DNA of 64,000 nucleotides, taken from NCBI GenBank assembly GCA_964291295.2, contig OZ219754.1:2944001-3008000 (forward strand), given 5' to 3'. This stretch comes from an uncultured Candidatus Binatia bacterium (GTDB lineage: Bacteria > Desulfobacterota > Binatia > UBA9968 > JAJDTQ01). The notes under the pieces were generated by a model. The model did not search any database and was not told the origin of the DNA. It saw only the letters and a program-made list of their open reading frames with translations. Numbering within the stretch: position 1 is the stretch's first letter; each line of letters begins with the position of its first letter. Position numbers and translations under genes: made by a program. Below, in pieces: positions 38,687 through 48,929 of the stretch.

Positions 38687-41070
38687 TCAGAATTGCTTCT
38701 TCCATGCGGACCGGACCGTCCATTCCGAGGGCGAGTCCGTCCGGTGGCCGGGCTGCCGGCTCCAGACGGACTCGAGGGTGAGCACACCGCCAGCCAGGGA
38801 GTGGTCGATCCGCGCGCTCAAGTCAAGTTGGCGGCCGGTCGGTGCAAGCTCGACGCCGACGGTCTCGCCGGCCACCCGTCCGTCAACGGTACGGCCTGTG
38901 GGCAGATGGAGGAGCGCAACCCCATCCGTGACGCGGATCGGCTGCGCCACGGCGAAGCGCACGGTTGCGCCGGCGGGAGAGAGGATGTGGGCGGCGGCCA
39001 CGCGAAAGGCGCTGGTGCGCAATGTGGAGATATCACGGATGAACGGCCCGCCGATGGAGTCCGGACGCACGGCGCCCAGTTCTCCCTGAGCCGTCAGTCG
39101 CCATCCCGGAGGTCCGTCCGCCTCCAGCCGGGCCGAGAGAAAAGCGGTGTGGCCCGCGAGCCGCCCGAAGGCTCCGGAAGCGGAACTGCCCAGCAGGCTG
39201 TCCGGCTCTGTGAGCCAGCCGGCCTGCAGGGCGACCGCCGACAGGTCGGCGGGCCGCCATTGCGCGGCGAAGCCCGAAAGGGGCTGGCCCCCTCTCTCCC
39301 GCGGTCGCTGGAAGAAGGCGGCGGACCAGTCCCAGGGCGTGGAGAGGTCGAAGCGGGCGGCTCCGTCGGCAAGCGCAAGATGGCCGGGAAATCGGCCGGG
39401 GGGCCGGGCATGCAGTCTCCATGCGCCGTCCTCCGGCCGGGGCTTCCCGGAATCGGCGAAAAGCCGGTCCGGTAGAACGGGCGCGGCGCGTTGCGGGGGC
39501 GGCCGCACAAAGTCGCCGGCCGCGAACCAGAAGGGCGCGCCGGGTTCGTCGAAGGCGGCGACCTCGCGCGGCCCGAGAGCGCGGATGAAGCTGTCCCCCA
39601 GGGCTCGGCCCGGACGTAGCGCCGAGCCCGCGACACCGGCCCGTGCGTCCGGCTGCGCCACGGTCCCGCCGGGTCGTATGAAAGTGGCCGTACCCCACGG
39701 CGCCCAGGTCCAGGAGGCCCTGACCATAGGTGGAGCGGTCGGCATAAATGCCCGTCTTGTTGGCCGTGGCAAACAGGCGGCTCACCAGTTCGGTATTGGA
39801 GAGTTGGCCCCGGAAGATCTGCTTCATGATGGCCAGTCCCCCACTGACCATCGGCGCGGCATAGGACGTTCCACTCACAGTCCTCCAGTTTCGAACACCG
39901 CTCACTCCAAGAAGGTTCCGAAATGGGCGGCCCGGACATACGTACCCGGTGCGGCGATACAGTAATCGGCGGTGATGCCGCAGCGATTGGAGTAATCCGC
40001 AATGGCGCCATCCTCCTCCATGGCAGCGACCGCGATCGAATGACCTCGCAACTCCGCGATGCGAGAGGGCAGACCGGCCCAGAACTTGGGGGAAGAGCCA
40101 ATGACCTTGCCATTGACGCATCGTGCAGCCCCGACTTCAGCCGCGTTGCAGGCGCGTCCATGGTTATTGCCTGCGCTCCAGACAAGGATTGTTTTTTCCG
40201 GGCGTTCTCTTGCGCAAGGACGGAGATGGTTCTGGCGTAATTCCTGCTTATCTGGTTCTTTCTGTAATCTTCAATGTTTCCGTCAAATCGCATGCTGACG
40301 TTCAGGATATCTATCTGCCCTCCCAAAGCTGCCTTGAACAGCTCGGAATCATCGAGGTCCCTGCTGTTCAACTGTTTGAGCGAAGCGGGTTGATAAGAGG
40401 GGGGTCCACTGCTGGACGGGATAGCGAACATGGCGATGTCGGCGCCCCAGGCCACTCCTTAATGGGCCTCGGGATCGGATACCCGGTCGCCGGCTGCAAT
40501 GCTGGCGACCCGGGTTCCGCGGGAGTATTCCTTGGCGCTGGTCTCGTCCGTCGCTCCGTTCAAGAACGTCTCGCTGACATCCGTGTCCGAGAAAGAGGGG
40601 TGGTCCTTGTCGATGCCGGAATCGACAAAGCCAAGGGTGACGCCTTCCCCGGGCTCCGCATCGCCTCCCTTGAGGAGGCGCAGATGGGCATGGGCATGGT
40701 CGGCGCCAATGGTTTCCAGGCCCCATTGATTTCGGAAACCCGCTTCGCTCCTGTAATCGCGGGACCATTCCTTCGCCTTCAGGAGAAATGCCTCCCTTGC
40801 GATGCAGCCAAGTTCAAGGGAAGGGTGGGTGGCAACGGTGTCGGCCGGACAGGATGACGGCGCCCGCGACTCGTCGTCCACGGGATCCGGTGTTTGGGCG
40901 GGCAGCCCGTCGTCCACAGGGTCCGGTGTACCGCCGGACGGACCGCCGCCCGCGGAGCCCCCTCCCCCGCCTCCGCAGCCCGCCAGAGCGAGGGTCGCGC
41001 ACAGGGCCAAGGAGCAGACAATCCCGATCCTCCTCGGCGCCCGACGATTCTCGCGCCTGCCGCGACTCAT
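38687..41070 (-). pseudogene. S8 subtilase lipoprotein with autotransporter-like C-terminus, disrupted
   Basis: Lipobox LAGC plus Gly run; NQWGL..I, VDSG, RGT.VA (His site changed), YSNRCG, CIAAPG, GTSYAAP, YGQGLLDLG; TAA at 40459 and several frameshifts. Confidence 0.85.
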
Positions 41071-41540
41071 GATGCCGATGGCTGCACGTCCGGCGTTTCT
41101 GCACCCCGGCAAGTCTTGACCATGACCCACACGCCCCGCCCTCAAGTCATATGGGTCATGTTGCAGCCAGGGCAGGGCAAAGTTGCGCGCACATGAGGCG
41201 GATCGTGTCCCGACCGAACAGCCGCGGCAGATCGTGCATCCCGGATGCGTCCATCGCCGTCGTCATGACCTCATCCCCCGTCCCGAATTTTGCCTCCCGG
41301 TGTCATTCCCGCGCGCCTGCACCCTTCCTGGAATGACGAAAGCCCGGCGAAATTCAGCAACTCTTCTGTTTGATCTTCCGTCTGCAGGGGTCCGTCCAGA
41401 AGTCCACCGAGAGGTGCCTTTGTTCACCATTCAGGGCAAGTCTCGGTGTGCGACGGCTCAAGAGCCTGAGAGGGCTTGGGAACCGGGTGCGCCATGCGGC
41501 ATGTCGGCGCTTCCAATCAACCAGATACCGGAAGTGCCCG

Positions 41541-41640
41541 ATGTCCCTTGATGAGATCCGATGCGATGTGTGGACGTGATTTCAAGGGGAGTTGTTCCCG
41601 AGCCTGGCCGAGGCCATTGGCCCTCCGCGCAAGCGCCACA
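41541..41640 (+). mobile_element. Possible transposase N-terminal relic
   Basis: MSLDEIRCDVWT*FQGELFPSLAEAIGP resembles the W..FQ.ELFP.L.E..GPL N-terminus of some DDE transposases (recalled, unverified). Confidence 0.35.
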
Positions 41641-41787
41641 GCCAGTGCCCTGATCCTCCGCGAGGTCGGGGGACACGAGGGCTGGCCATGCGCCGGTCTT
41701 GGTGTCCTCGACCCGGAACACGCTGTTCGGGCCGGTCATCGTTCGATGATTCCGCTCGAATCGGAAAGTGTGCCACCGCGACCGGTT

Positions 41788-43500
41788 TCAGCCGGGAAAA
41801 TCGATACGCCATGCGGCCGCTGCGATTCTTGCCATGGTCTCCTGGCGCGCCTCGATGGTCTCGGGCGTCCATTCCGTGTATTTGCGCGCGATGTCCTGGG
41901 TCGTCTGGAAGCGGCTGTTCGCGAACACTGCCCGCTTGGCTTCATAGTCGGCATTGCCGGCGCCGCGATTCAGGCTCGCTTCCAGCAACGCCATGTTGCC
42001 GAGGCGCGATGTCTGCTCGTCCAGGTCTCCTTCGCCGAATCGGTCCCAGCCGTCTTCAGGATTCAGCGGACAGATATGCTCCAAGGTTATCCGGCTGTCC
42101 TCGAGGTCCAGGCGATTGCCCGAGGCCCGCCGCTCCAATTCGAACAGAATATAGCGGACGACCCGCTTGTTTCGCGTCTGCCCAACGCCGATGGACTTCT
42201 CGGCGAAACTCAGCCGGAACCGCTTGTCATCGGTATAGACCGTTCGCAAGCGGGCCATGATCTCCGAGATCGAGGAAGGATCGCCCCTCGAGATCCTCTG
42301 GGCCTCCGCATGGTAAATCCGCTCCTGCTCGCTTCCGTGAAGGCCGCCGATGACATTATAGCGGAAGGAGATAATGACTACGGAGTGCAGCAGTCTCTCG
42401 AAGTCCGCATCGCCAAGAGAACGCCGGGCAGCCAGCAGCAGCGGGAACGGCTGGCGGACACTGAACATGCGAAGGATCCGGGCATGCTGCTTCCACTCCA
42501 TGGGCCAGTCGGAGCCATCCGGTTGCGTCAACGCCAGATAGGCCTCGATATCGGCCTCGAGCTCCTGCAGGAGCGAAAACGCATCCCCCCTGTCCCGGAC
42601 TTGGGCGCGGACAGTCTTGAAAAGGTCCGACAACCGGACCGTGGTTCTCCGGCTTATCCAGTGGACACGCAGGAAATCCGGGAAACTTTCTTCTCCGAGC
42701 CTTCCTGTGATTCCGTTCCAGCGGCCTTCCAGCGCCTCGGTCTCACGCTCATGTTCACCTTGGCGATGCAGGAGCGAGAACAGGTAGTTTTTCAACAGGT
42801 CGGTCGCCGAGAGCTTCACGCCCCGCGCATTCAGCGTTTCGAATACCCGGTAGGCGTTCAGTTCATCGGTGACTGTGATGACGGTAAAGAGCAGTTTGTC
42901 GCTCATCCCGTCGATCAGCCGCACGACCGCCAGACCGGGGTCTTCCTCTTCGTCCAGATACTCCCGAAAACGACGGTCGAACCACTCGAACGCCTTGCGC
43001 ATATCGTGCTCCGACCTTTTGAATCCCCGTTTCGGCAGAGGCGAGATCAGCGGAACCAGATATGTCTGGAAATAGCGGTCATTGTTCCGGTTCAGTTTCA
43101 GCTTGGGTTCCGATACCAGCGTCACCGGATCCAGGTATCCGATATAGCCCTGCCGCAGGCTCTCAAGCCGCTTGCGGGTGTTTTCGGTATCCCGCCCCTT
43201 TTCCAGCAGAACCTGCAATTGCCGCAAGGCGGCCAGCACGAGAATATTCAGGGTTGTCAGGCGTTGTTGCCCGTCAATGATGTCGAACCTCTTGCCGTCC
43301 TCCGACTGCAGGACGAGATAGCCCATATAATGCGCCGGCTCCCCCTCCGGGCGCATGACCTCACGAATATCGTGCCAGAGGTCGTCCCACTCCTCTTCGC
43401 CCCAACTGTAGTCGCACTGGAACGGCGGCACCCGGTAGAGCAGGCCATTGCCCATCAACTGACGCCAGGTGCTGTTGTTCGTGTTGAAATTCGTAGCCAT
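41788..43500 (-). CDS. DUF262-DUF1524 (GmrSD-like type IV restriction endonuclease)
   Basis: VPPFQ(C)DYSW, DGQQRLTT, FETLNARG; HNH-type LEHICP..LGNMALL..LN. Confidence 0.9.
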   Translation of the reverse strand: MATNFNTNNSTWRQLMGNGLLYRVPPFQCDYSWGEEEWDDLWHDIREVMRPEGEPAHYMGYLVLQSEDGKRFDIIDGQQRLTTLNILVLAALRQLQVLLEKGRDTENTRKRLESLRQGYIGYLDPVTLVSEPKLKLNRNNDRYFQTYLVPLISPLPKRGFKRSEHDMRKAFEWFDRRFREYLDEEEDPGLAVVRLIDGMSDKLLFTVITVTDELNAYRVFETLNARGVKLSATDLLKNYLFSLLHRQGEHERETEALEGRWNGITGRLGEESFPDFLRVHWISRRTTVRLSDLFKTVRAQVRDRGDAFSLLQELEADIEAYLALTQPDGSDWPMEWKQHARILRMFSVRQPFPLLLAARRSLGDADFERLLHSVVIISFRYNVIGGLHGSEQERIYHAEAQRISRGDPSSISEIMARLRTVYTDDKRFRLSFAEKSIGVGQTRNKRVVRYILFELERRASGNRLDLEDSRITLEHICPLNPEDGWDRFGEGDLDEQTSRLGNMALLEASLNRGAGNADYEAKRAVFANSRFQTTQDIARKYTEWTPETIEARQETMARIAAAAWRIDFPG

Positions 43501-43683
43501 TCGCGTGCCGAATTGCCGACAAAGCCGCTTCGGTCCGCGGCTCGAAATTCGAATTATAGCAGGCAGACCGGCCTTTCGCGGCAAGCTTTGCCCGGAAACC
43601 GAAGGCTTGGCCGCATACGGTCCGTCATGCCGGATTCGGGGCGCCTGCGGCGGCGGCCCGGCAGGGAGGCGCTTGGAGGTATG

Positions 43684-44330
43684 TTACGGACGGCAATGCC
43701 GTGTTCGACGACCCAGGCGAACCGCTTCTCGCCATCCACGAGTGTGATGGGAGCGGCTCCCGCGGCGAAGGCGGCGTCCTGAGTGCCCTTCGAGAACCGG
43801 GAAGTCCTGAAGATAGTTCCACGAACTGCTTCGAAGCGGTACAGGGAACCTCGAAGCGCGTCGAGATCCTTGCGCTGTATCGGGCGGCGGTGGCGCCTGG
43901 CTTGGACTACTTCCCGGATCGAGGTGATACCAACCTTGATGTCGGCGACGACATCGGCTCCGCCATTACCTGACCGGGATGTGGCTTCCACGTTCCGGTA
44001 ATCCATTTCCCCGACAGTCGTTTGATCAGGTGTTCAACTGCGAACGGTTCCATGTCCTGAAGCTGATCATGCAGGCTATCGCGCACCGTTTGGGCGTGCT
44101 GCGGTACCAGTGTCCACACTTGGTTGTGGTTTCCAGCTACGGTATTGCCTTCGTTTTTGTTCTCCTGGAGGTAACGCAAGCCGTTGGGTGTCGCAGAGTA
44201 TAATCTCCCCCTTCGCTCAATCAGGCCACGAGATTGACGAGACGCCGGCCCATCGTGTCCTTGATCACGGACTCGGCGCGGATTGAAGAGCTGCGATTGA
44301 GGTAGTCTGCCCACTGGTCGAGTAGACCTC
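43684..44330 (-). pseudogene. Degenerate Mrr-family restriction endonuclease
   Basis: MEPFAVEHLIKRL, frameshift, MDYRNVEAT..SGNGGADV..VVQARR..ITLVDGE; catalytic-motif residues altered, both ends broken; bounds approximate. Confidence 0.75.
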
Positions 44331-44512
44331 CACGTAGGCCAGGAGCCTGTGCCGCAGAAAGTTTTCGTGGGACAGAGATCCACCAGAGTCCCACTTGGCG
44401 CCCAATTCATGTCCAATAATGGGACAAGGCTACACGTTTCTGGCATTTTGGACGAGAATCTGGCCATGCTCTCCCACCGGTCACATCCCGGAGCGTCCTG
44501 CAGCACAGGCTC

Positions 44513-45673
44513 CTAGGGCCACAGGGTGTTATCGGCGAGTGCCTGTTGCAACCGGTCGGTGGACCAGACGTCGATCCCGTCCCCGGTCCGGAACGACCGC
44601 TTGCCGCCGTAGGCCAGCACGCGCCGCGCGATTCCCGGAAGCTCCGCGATCGCGCGCAATCCCGGCAGCATTCCGGTGTGATAGCGCGGCTGCGACTTGA
44701 CCTCGATCGCCGCCAGCTCGCCGCCCCGGCGCAGCAGAAAATCGACCTCGGTGCGGTTCGCCGGGTGCGGCGCCCAGTAGTGCATCTCGTCGAACAGCCC
44801 ACCCTGCTCACCGTGCGCCCGCAGGAGGTGCAGGACCCAGCCTTCCAGGAGCGCGCCGCGTTCCTCGGGTGCGATCGGCCCGTGGAGCCTCTTCACCGCG
44901 CGGACCAGGCCGGGATCGACCCAGTAGAGCTTCGGATGGCCGCGCTCGCGCGTCCGCAGCCGCGGCTGGAACGCGGGCAGGCGGAACGCGAGCAGCGTGT
45001 CCTCGAGGATGTCCAGATAGCCCTGCACGGTGGTGCGCGCGACACCGCAGTCGCGCGCGATGCCGGATATGTTCACAACCTGGCCATGACAAAGCGCGGC
45101 GATCGGCAGGAAGCGCGCGAACCCCGGGAGATTCCGGACAAGACCCTCGGCCCGGACCTCCTCGCGGAGATAGAGCCGGACATAGCTCTCGAGAACCGCC
45201 CGCCGTTCCTCGGCGGCCCAGACCAGGGGGATGGTCCCGGTATCGAGGGCGGTATCAAGGTCGAAGTCGCCGCCGAGCTCGGCCGGGGTCAGGGGGTGCA
45301 TGGTCTTGTGCAGCGCCCGGCCAGCGAGCAGATTGACGCCGGCCGCCTTGAGCTTTCGCGCGCTCGATCCGAGCAGGGCGAAGTTGAGACGCCGATCCTC
45401 GATATGCCGGTGCACTTCGTTGAGCAGATTGGGCAGGCGCTGGATCTCGTCCACCACCACCCAGCTCCCGGGAGGCACGGACTGGAGATCCGCGGCGAAG
45501 AGGGACGGATCGGCGAGGTAGTCCTGGTAGCGGGCCTCGTCGAGCAGGTCGATACGCGGCGCATCGGGAAACTGCGCTCGCGCCCAGCTGCTCTTGCCGG
45601 CCCCGCGGACGCCGAGCAGAAAGAAGCTCTGCGCGGGCGGGCGGATCAGCCGGGGATAGGTCGTTCCCGCCAT
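44513..45673 (-). CDS. AAA_14 ATPase with DUF4143 (PD-(D/E)xK-like) domain
   Basis: GVRGAGKS, VDEIQR, LGSSA, KLYWVDPG, EVDFLL..AIEVKS. Confidence 0.9.
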   Translation of the reverse strand: MAGTTYPRLIRPPAQSFFLLGVRGAGKSSWARAQFPDAPRIDLLDEARYQDYLADPSLFAADLQSVPPGSWVVVDEIQRLPNLLNEVHRHIEDRRLNFALLGSSARKLKAAGVNLLAGRALHKTMHPLTPAELGGDFDLDTALDTGTIPLVWAAEERRAVLESYVRLYLREEVRAEGLVRNLPGFARFLPIAALCHGQVVNISGIARDCGVARTTVQGYLDILEDTLLAFRLPAFQPRLRTRERGHPKLYWVDPGLVRAVKRLHGPIAPEERGALLEGWVLHLLRAHGEQGGLFDEMHYWAPHPANRTEVDFLLRRGGELAAIEVKSQPRYHTGMLPGLRAIAELPGIARRVLAYGGKRSFRTGDGIDVWSTDRLQQALADNTLWP

Positions 45674-45698
45674 GGTGCCATCATATTTCGAAGAAAGA

Positions 45699-45714
45699 TG
45701 ACGATATATTGTCA
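45699..45714. promoter_or_regulatory. Near-perfect palindrome upstream of AAA_14 gene
   Basis: TGACGATATATTGTCA. Confidence 0.4.
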
Positions 45715-45854
45715 GTCGGGCATCGGCGAGTCAAGGACGCGGCGCAAGCACTTCTTGCCGGTAACCCATTCCTCCCGGCTGCGCGCCGCAACGAATGCCA
45801 CAGCCGCTGCGCCTGGCTCGGCGAGATGGAGGAGCGGCTGCGCGGCGAGCGGGG

Positions 45855-46520
45855 TCAAAGGGCTGTGGGTACGGCCAGGATCTTCGTCTGGAGCCAGTTC
45901 GACAAATCCTCGAGGCTCCGGGAACTGATCTCGTGTCCCATGTCGTATTCGCGGTACTCCACCGGAACCTGCAGCTTCTCGAGCAGCGTCAGGGAATGTC
46001 TGGCCCGCGCCAGCTCGATGAGTTCGTCGCGCTTGCCGTGCTGCACCAGGGTGGGCAGCGTGTCCACCCGCTGGGCCACGCCCATCGCCGACAGCGTACC
46101 CTCCCGCAGCCAGGAACTCAGGATGCACATGCCCGCGAAGCGGTCCGGCTGGGAAAGCCCGAGGCTGCAGGCCATGCCGCCGCCCTGGCTGAAGCCCAGC
46201 AGCACGAGCCTGCGGCGGTCCAGCGGATATCGCTCGTGGCATTGGTCCACGAACGTCCGCAGCCGGTCCCGTGCGGCAAGGAAGGCGCCGGTATCGATGT
46301 CGCCGCCCAATGACATGGGGAACCAGGCGTAACCGGTCACGCCCGGGCCCAACGGCACTTCCAGGGGGGCCTGCGGGCAAAGGAACCGGAACGCCCCGCC
46401 GCACAGGTTGGGGGCCAGACCCAGCAGGTCGGCGGCGTTGGCGCCTCGACCGTGCAGGGCCAAGATGGTCGGATGGGGCCCCTCTCCTTCTGGTTCGTAC
46501 ATGCAGTGCAGCAGTTCCAT
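45855..46520 (-). CDS. Phospholipase/carboxylesterase
   Basis: LHGRG, AWF, GFSQGG, HG.RD, MGHEI. Confidence 0.9.
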   Translation of the reverse strand: MELLHCMYEPEGEGPHPTILALHGRGANAADLLGLAPNLCGGAFRFLCPQAPLEVPLGPGVTGYAWFPMSLGGDIDTGAFLAARDRLRTFVDQCHERYPLDRRRLVLLGFSQGGGMACSLGLSQPDRFAGMCILSSWLREGTLSAMGVAQRVDTLPTLVQHGKRDELIELARARHSLTLLEKLQVPVEYREYDMGHEISSRSLEDLSNWLQTKILAVPTAL

Positions 46521-46522
46521 GA

Positions 46523-47470
46523 CTATTCCATCGCCGCCCTGAGATCCTTGACGTAGTCTTCGATAGCGGCATCCATGGTGTATTGCGGTTCCCAGCCCAG
46601 GTATTGCCTGGCCCGCGATATGTCCAGCGGCACGCTGACCGCCACATCCGGCGGCCTTCCGGGAATCACTTCCACCTCCAGCCCGGGGAATTGCCGCTCC
46701 ACGGCAGCCACGAGGTCGTCGAAGGTCGTCACCTGTCCGACGCCGATGTTGAAGGTGGTCTTCTCGGGCACCGGCACCGTCGCCGCCAGGTCCACGGCAC
46801 GCCCCATGTCCTTGGCGTAGACGTACTCGAAGGTCATGGTCTGGGCTTGGGGGATCCTCGCCACCTCGCCGCGGATCCCCGCCTCCAGCAGCATCTGCAC
46901 CTTCTCGCCGCCCCCGGAGCCGCCCCAGAAGTGGCCGAGTCCGTAGGCATTGGCCAGCCGCAGAGTCAACAACTCGAAACCGTAGAGGCGCTGGTACGCT
47001 TCCGCCAGCAGCTCCTTGGTGGCCTTGGAGTTGCCGTAGCCGGCCCCCGGGCCCCGCGGCATCTCCTCGTGGGTGGGGTGGTCCCCGGCGCGCCGCCGAT
47101 CATAGGCGCCGAAGGTGCTGATCAGAACGAAGCGCTTCACACCCGTGAGCCGGGCCGCCTCAAGCACGTTGAGGGTTCCCTCCACGTTGATCTGGAGCCC
47201 GCTGTAGAGGGACTCCACCACGCGCCCGCCAATGAGTCCGGCGGTGTGCACCACCGTCTCCGGCCGGTAGCGCTGCATGGTCTCCGTCAGCGCCGGCAGG
47301 TCCCGGATATCCTTTTGCACCACCTCCACGTCCGCCGTCCCCAGCTTCCGGTGCAGGTATTCGGTGCGCGGCATGAAGTCATAGAAGACCAGCTTCTCGC
47401 GGCGCTTCAGCGCGCACTGCGCAAAGGATGTACCCACCAGCCCCACTCCCGTCACAAGCGTCGTTCCCAT
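46523..47470 (-). CDS. NAD-dependent epimerase/dehydratase
   Basis: LVTGVGLVG, YGNSK, FNIG. Confidence 0.88.
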   Translation of the reverse strand: MGTTLVTGVGLVGTSFAQCALKRREKLVFYDFMPRTEYLHRKLGTADVEVVQKDIRDLPALTETMQRYRPETVVHTAGLIGGRVVESLYSGLQINVEGTLNVLEAARLTGVKRFVLISTFGAYDRRRAGDHPTHEEMPRGPGAGYGNSKATKELLAEAYQRLYGFELLTLRLANAYGLGHFWGGSGGGEKVQMLLEAGIRGEVARIPQAQTMTFEYVYAKDMGRAVDLAATVPVPEKTTFNIGVGQVTTFDDLVAAVERQFPGLEVEVIPGRPPDVAVSVPLDISRARQYLGWEPQYTMDAAIEDYVKDLRAAME

Positions 47471-47561
47471 GATCGTCCAACTCCTCTCCTTGCAGCCGTT
47501 CTCCCGCCGGGCGCGGCCCCGGGGCCGTTATCGGGCGGCCGTTCCAGGCCCGTTGCGGAGC

Positions 47562-48644
47562 TTATCCCCGCAACCGCGGCATCACGCTGTCCGCCAGCAT
47601 GTGGATCGCCTCTTCGTAGTCCGGGCCGAGCTTGGCGAAGGCGATCTCGTCGTAGCCCATCTCACCGGCCTGCCTGGCGATGTCCACGATCTGATCGGCC
47701 ACCTCGTCCGGACGCCCGGCAACGTAGTAGTTGAGGACCATCTCCTCGGTCACCCGGGCCGCAGCCTCCTCCACGGTGGCGCCTCTGGCGAACGCCTCCT
47801 TGAGTTCCAGCACCCTTTCCCGCTCCACGTTGAGGCGGCGGTATTCCTCGACGGTGAACTGGAGCGCTTCCCATTGCAGGATTGAATGGGACACCTGACG
47901 CTTGGGAAACTCGATGGCCGCCTCACGGTCCCGCGACACCGACACATTGAGTTCGACCATCTTGCGCAGGCTCTTTCCGGGATCGACGCTGCGGGCGCCG
48001 GCCTCGGCCATCGCATGCATCTCCTTCAAGCGGCCCGCGCGCAGCATGGGGATGAAGGTCCCCGAACTGATGAGCCCGTCCATGACCTGGCCCCCCATGC
48101 GCAGCGACCGGGGGCCGTTGCCGCCGGAATAGATCGCCACCGGGGATGCGGGCTTGAAGGCAAGTTCGAAGCCTCGAGCCGGATTCAGGTGGAAATATTC
48201 GCAGAGCACGGGGAACTCGCCATACGGAACGCGCGCACCCTCAAGGGCGCGGCGTGTAAAGACCGCCAGCTCCCGCACCAGCGCCAGGGGCCTGTGCACG
48301 GAAACGTTCTGCGGCGTCTGCGCCAGGTCGCCGCGGGCGATCCCGAAGCCGATCTCCCGCCCTTCGGCCAGCTCGGACAGGGTTGCCAGCGAGTCCACCA
48401 CCTCGATGGGATGGTGCAGGTACGGCACCAGGACCGCGGTGCCGATGCCGATGGGAACGCGTGCGGCGATGGCGGCAAGCAGCACCACCTGACTCCGGTA
48501 GCGCGCATTGTCGTTGACCCAGATGCGTTCGAACCCCCGCCGCTGAGCCAACCCGGCCAACTCCACGAGCTGATTCGCGGTGTAACGGTTGGCCAGGTGG
48601 GTCACGAACTGGAGCCCGAGCTTGCCTTCGAATGCCGCCATCAT
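47562..48644 (-). CDS. LLM-class (Mer-like) flavin/F420 oxidoreductase
   Basis: GFERIWVND, GIGTAV..PY..HP, GNGPRSL. Confidence 0.85.
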   Translation of the reverse strand: MMAAFEGKLGLQFVTHLANRYTANQLVELAGLAQRRGFERIWVNDNARYRSQVVLLAAIAARVPIGIGTAVLVPYLHHPIEVVDSLATLSELAEGREIGFGIARGDLAQTPQNVSVHRPLALVRELAVFTRRALEGARVPYGEFPVLCEYFHLNPARGFELAFKPASPVAIYSGGNGPRSLRMGGQVMDGLISSGTFIPMLRAGRLKEMHAMAEAGARSVDPGKSLRKMVELNVSVSRDREAAIEFPKRQVSHSILQWEALQFTVEEYRRLNVERERVLELKEAFARGATVEEAAARVTEEMVLNYYVAGRPDEVADQIVDIARQAGEMGYDEIAFAKLGPDYEEAIHMLADSVMPRLRG

Positions 48645-48929
48645 CCTCCCTCGCGACCTTGCACGGTGTGTTCAAGCGCGTTCATTCTCATCCTCCCCAC
48701 GACCGGCGTCAACCGCACCGGGGTGTATCTTCAGTGGCCGGTCCGCCCCGGCGACTCCTGCCCGCGCCCCGCGTCCCACGTCCCACGTCCCCGCGCTCCC
48801 CGACCCGCCTTCCGGCGACGAACCGTGGCCGCGGCGGTTTCGTCGCACGGCGGTTTCATAGTAGATTCAGGGCATCGCGTCGGACCGGCCGCGGTCCGGC
48901 AGCCCCAACCTTTCACCCGACGAGGAAGC

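Noticed and set aside
40459-40461. In-frame stop in the S8 protease as programmed recoding
   Set aside because: Codon is TAA and the gene also has frameshifts and a lost catalytic His, so it is a pseudogene
41302-41337. GTCATTCC...GGAATGAC REP-like inverted repeat
   Set aside because: Single degenerate copy seen in the window; insufficient support for a repeat family
41541-41640. In-frame TGA (WT*FQGELFP) as a third selenocysteine codon
   Set aside because: Not at a Cys-type motif, no convincing hairpin, and the context looks like a decayed transposase start (CGA to TGA)
29885-45854. Integrative element boundaries (att repeats, tRNA, integrase) for the defence island
   Set aside because: No integrase, tRNA or flanking direct repeat found by eye
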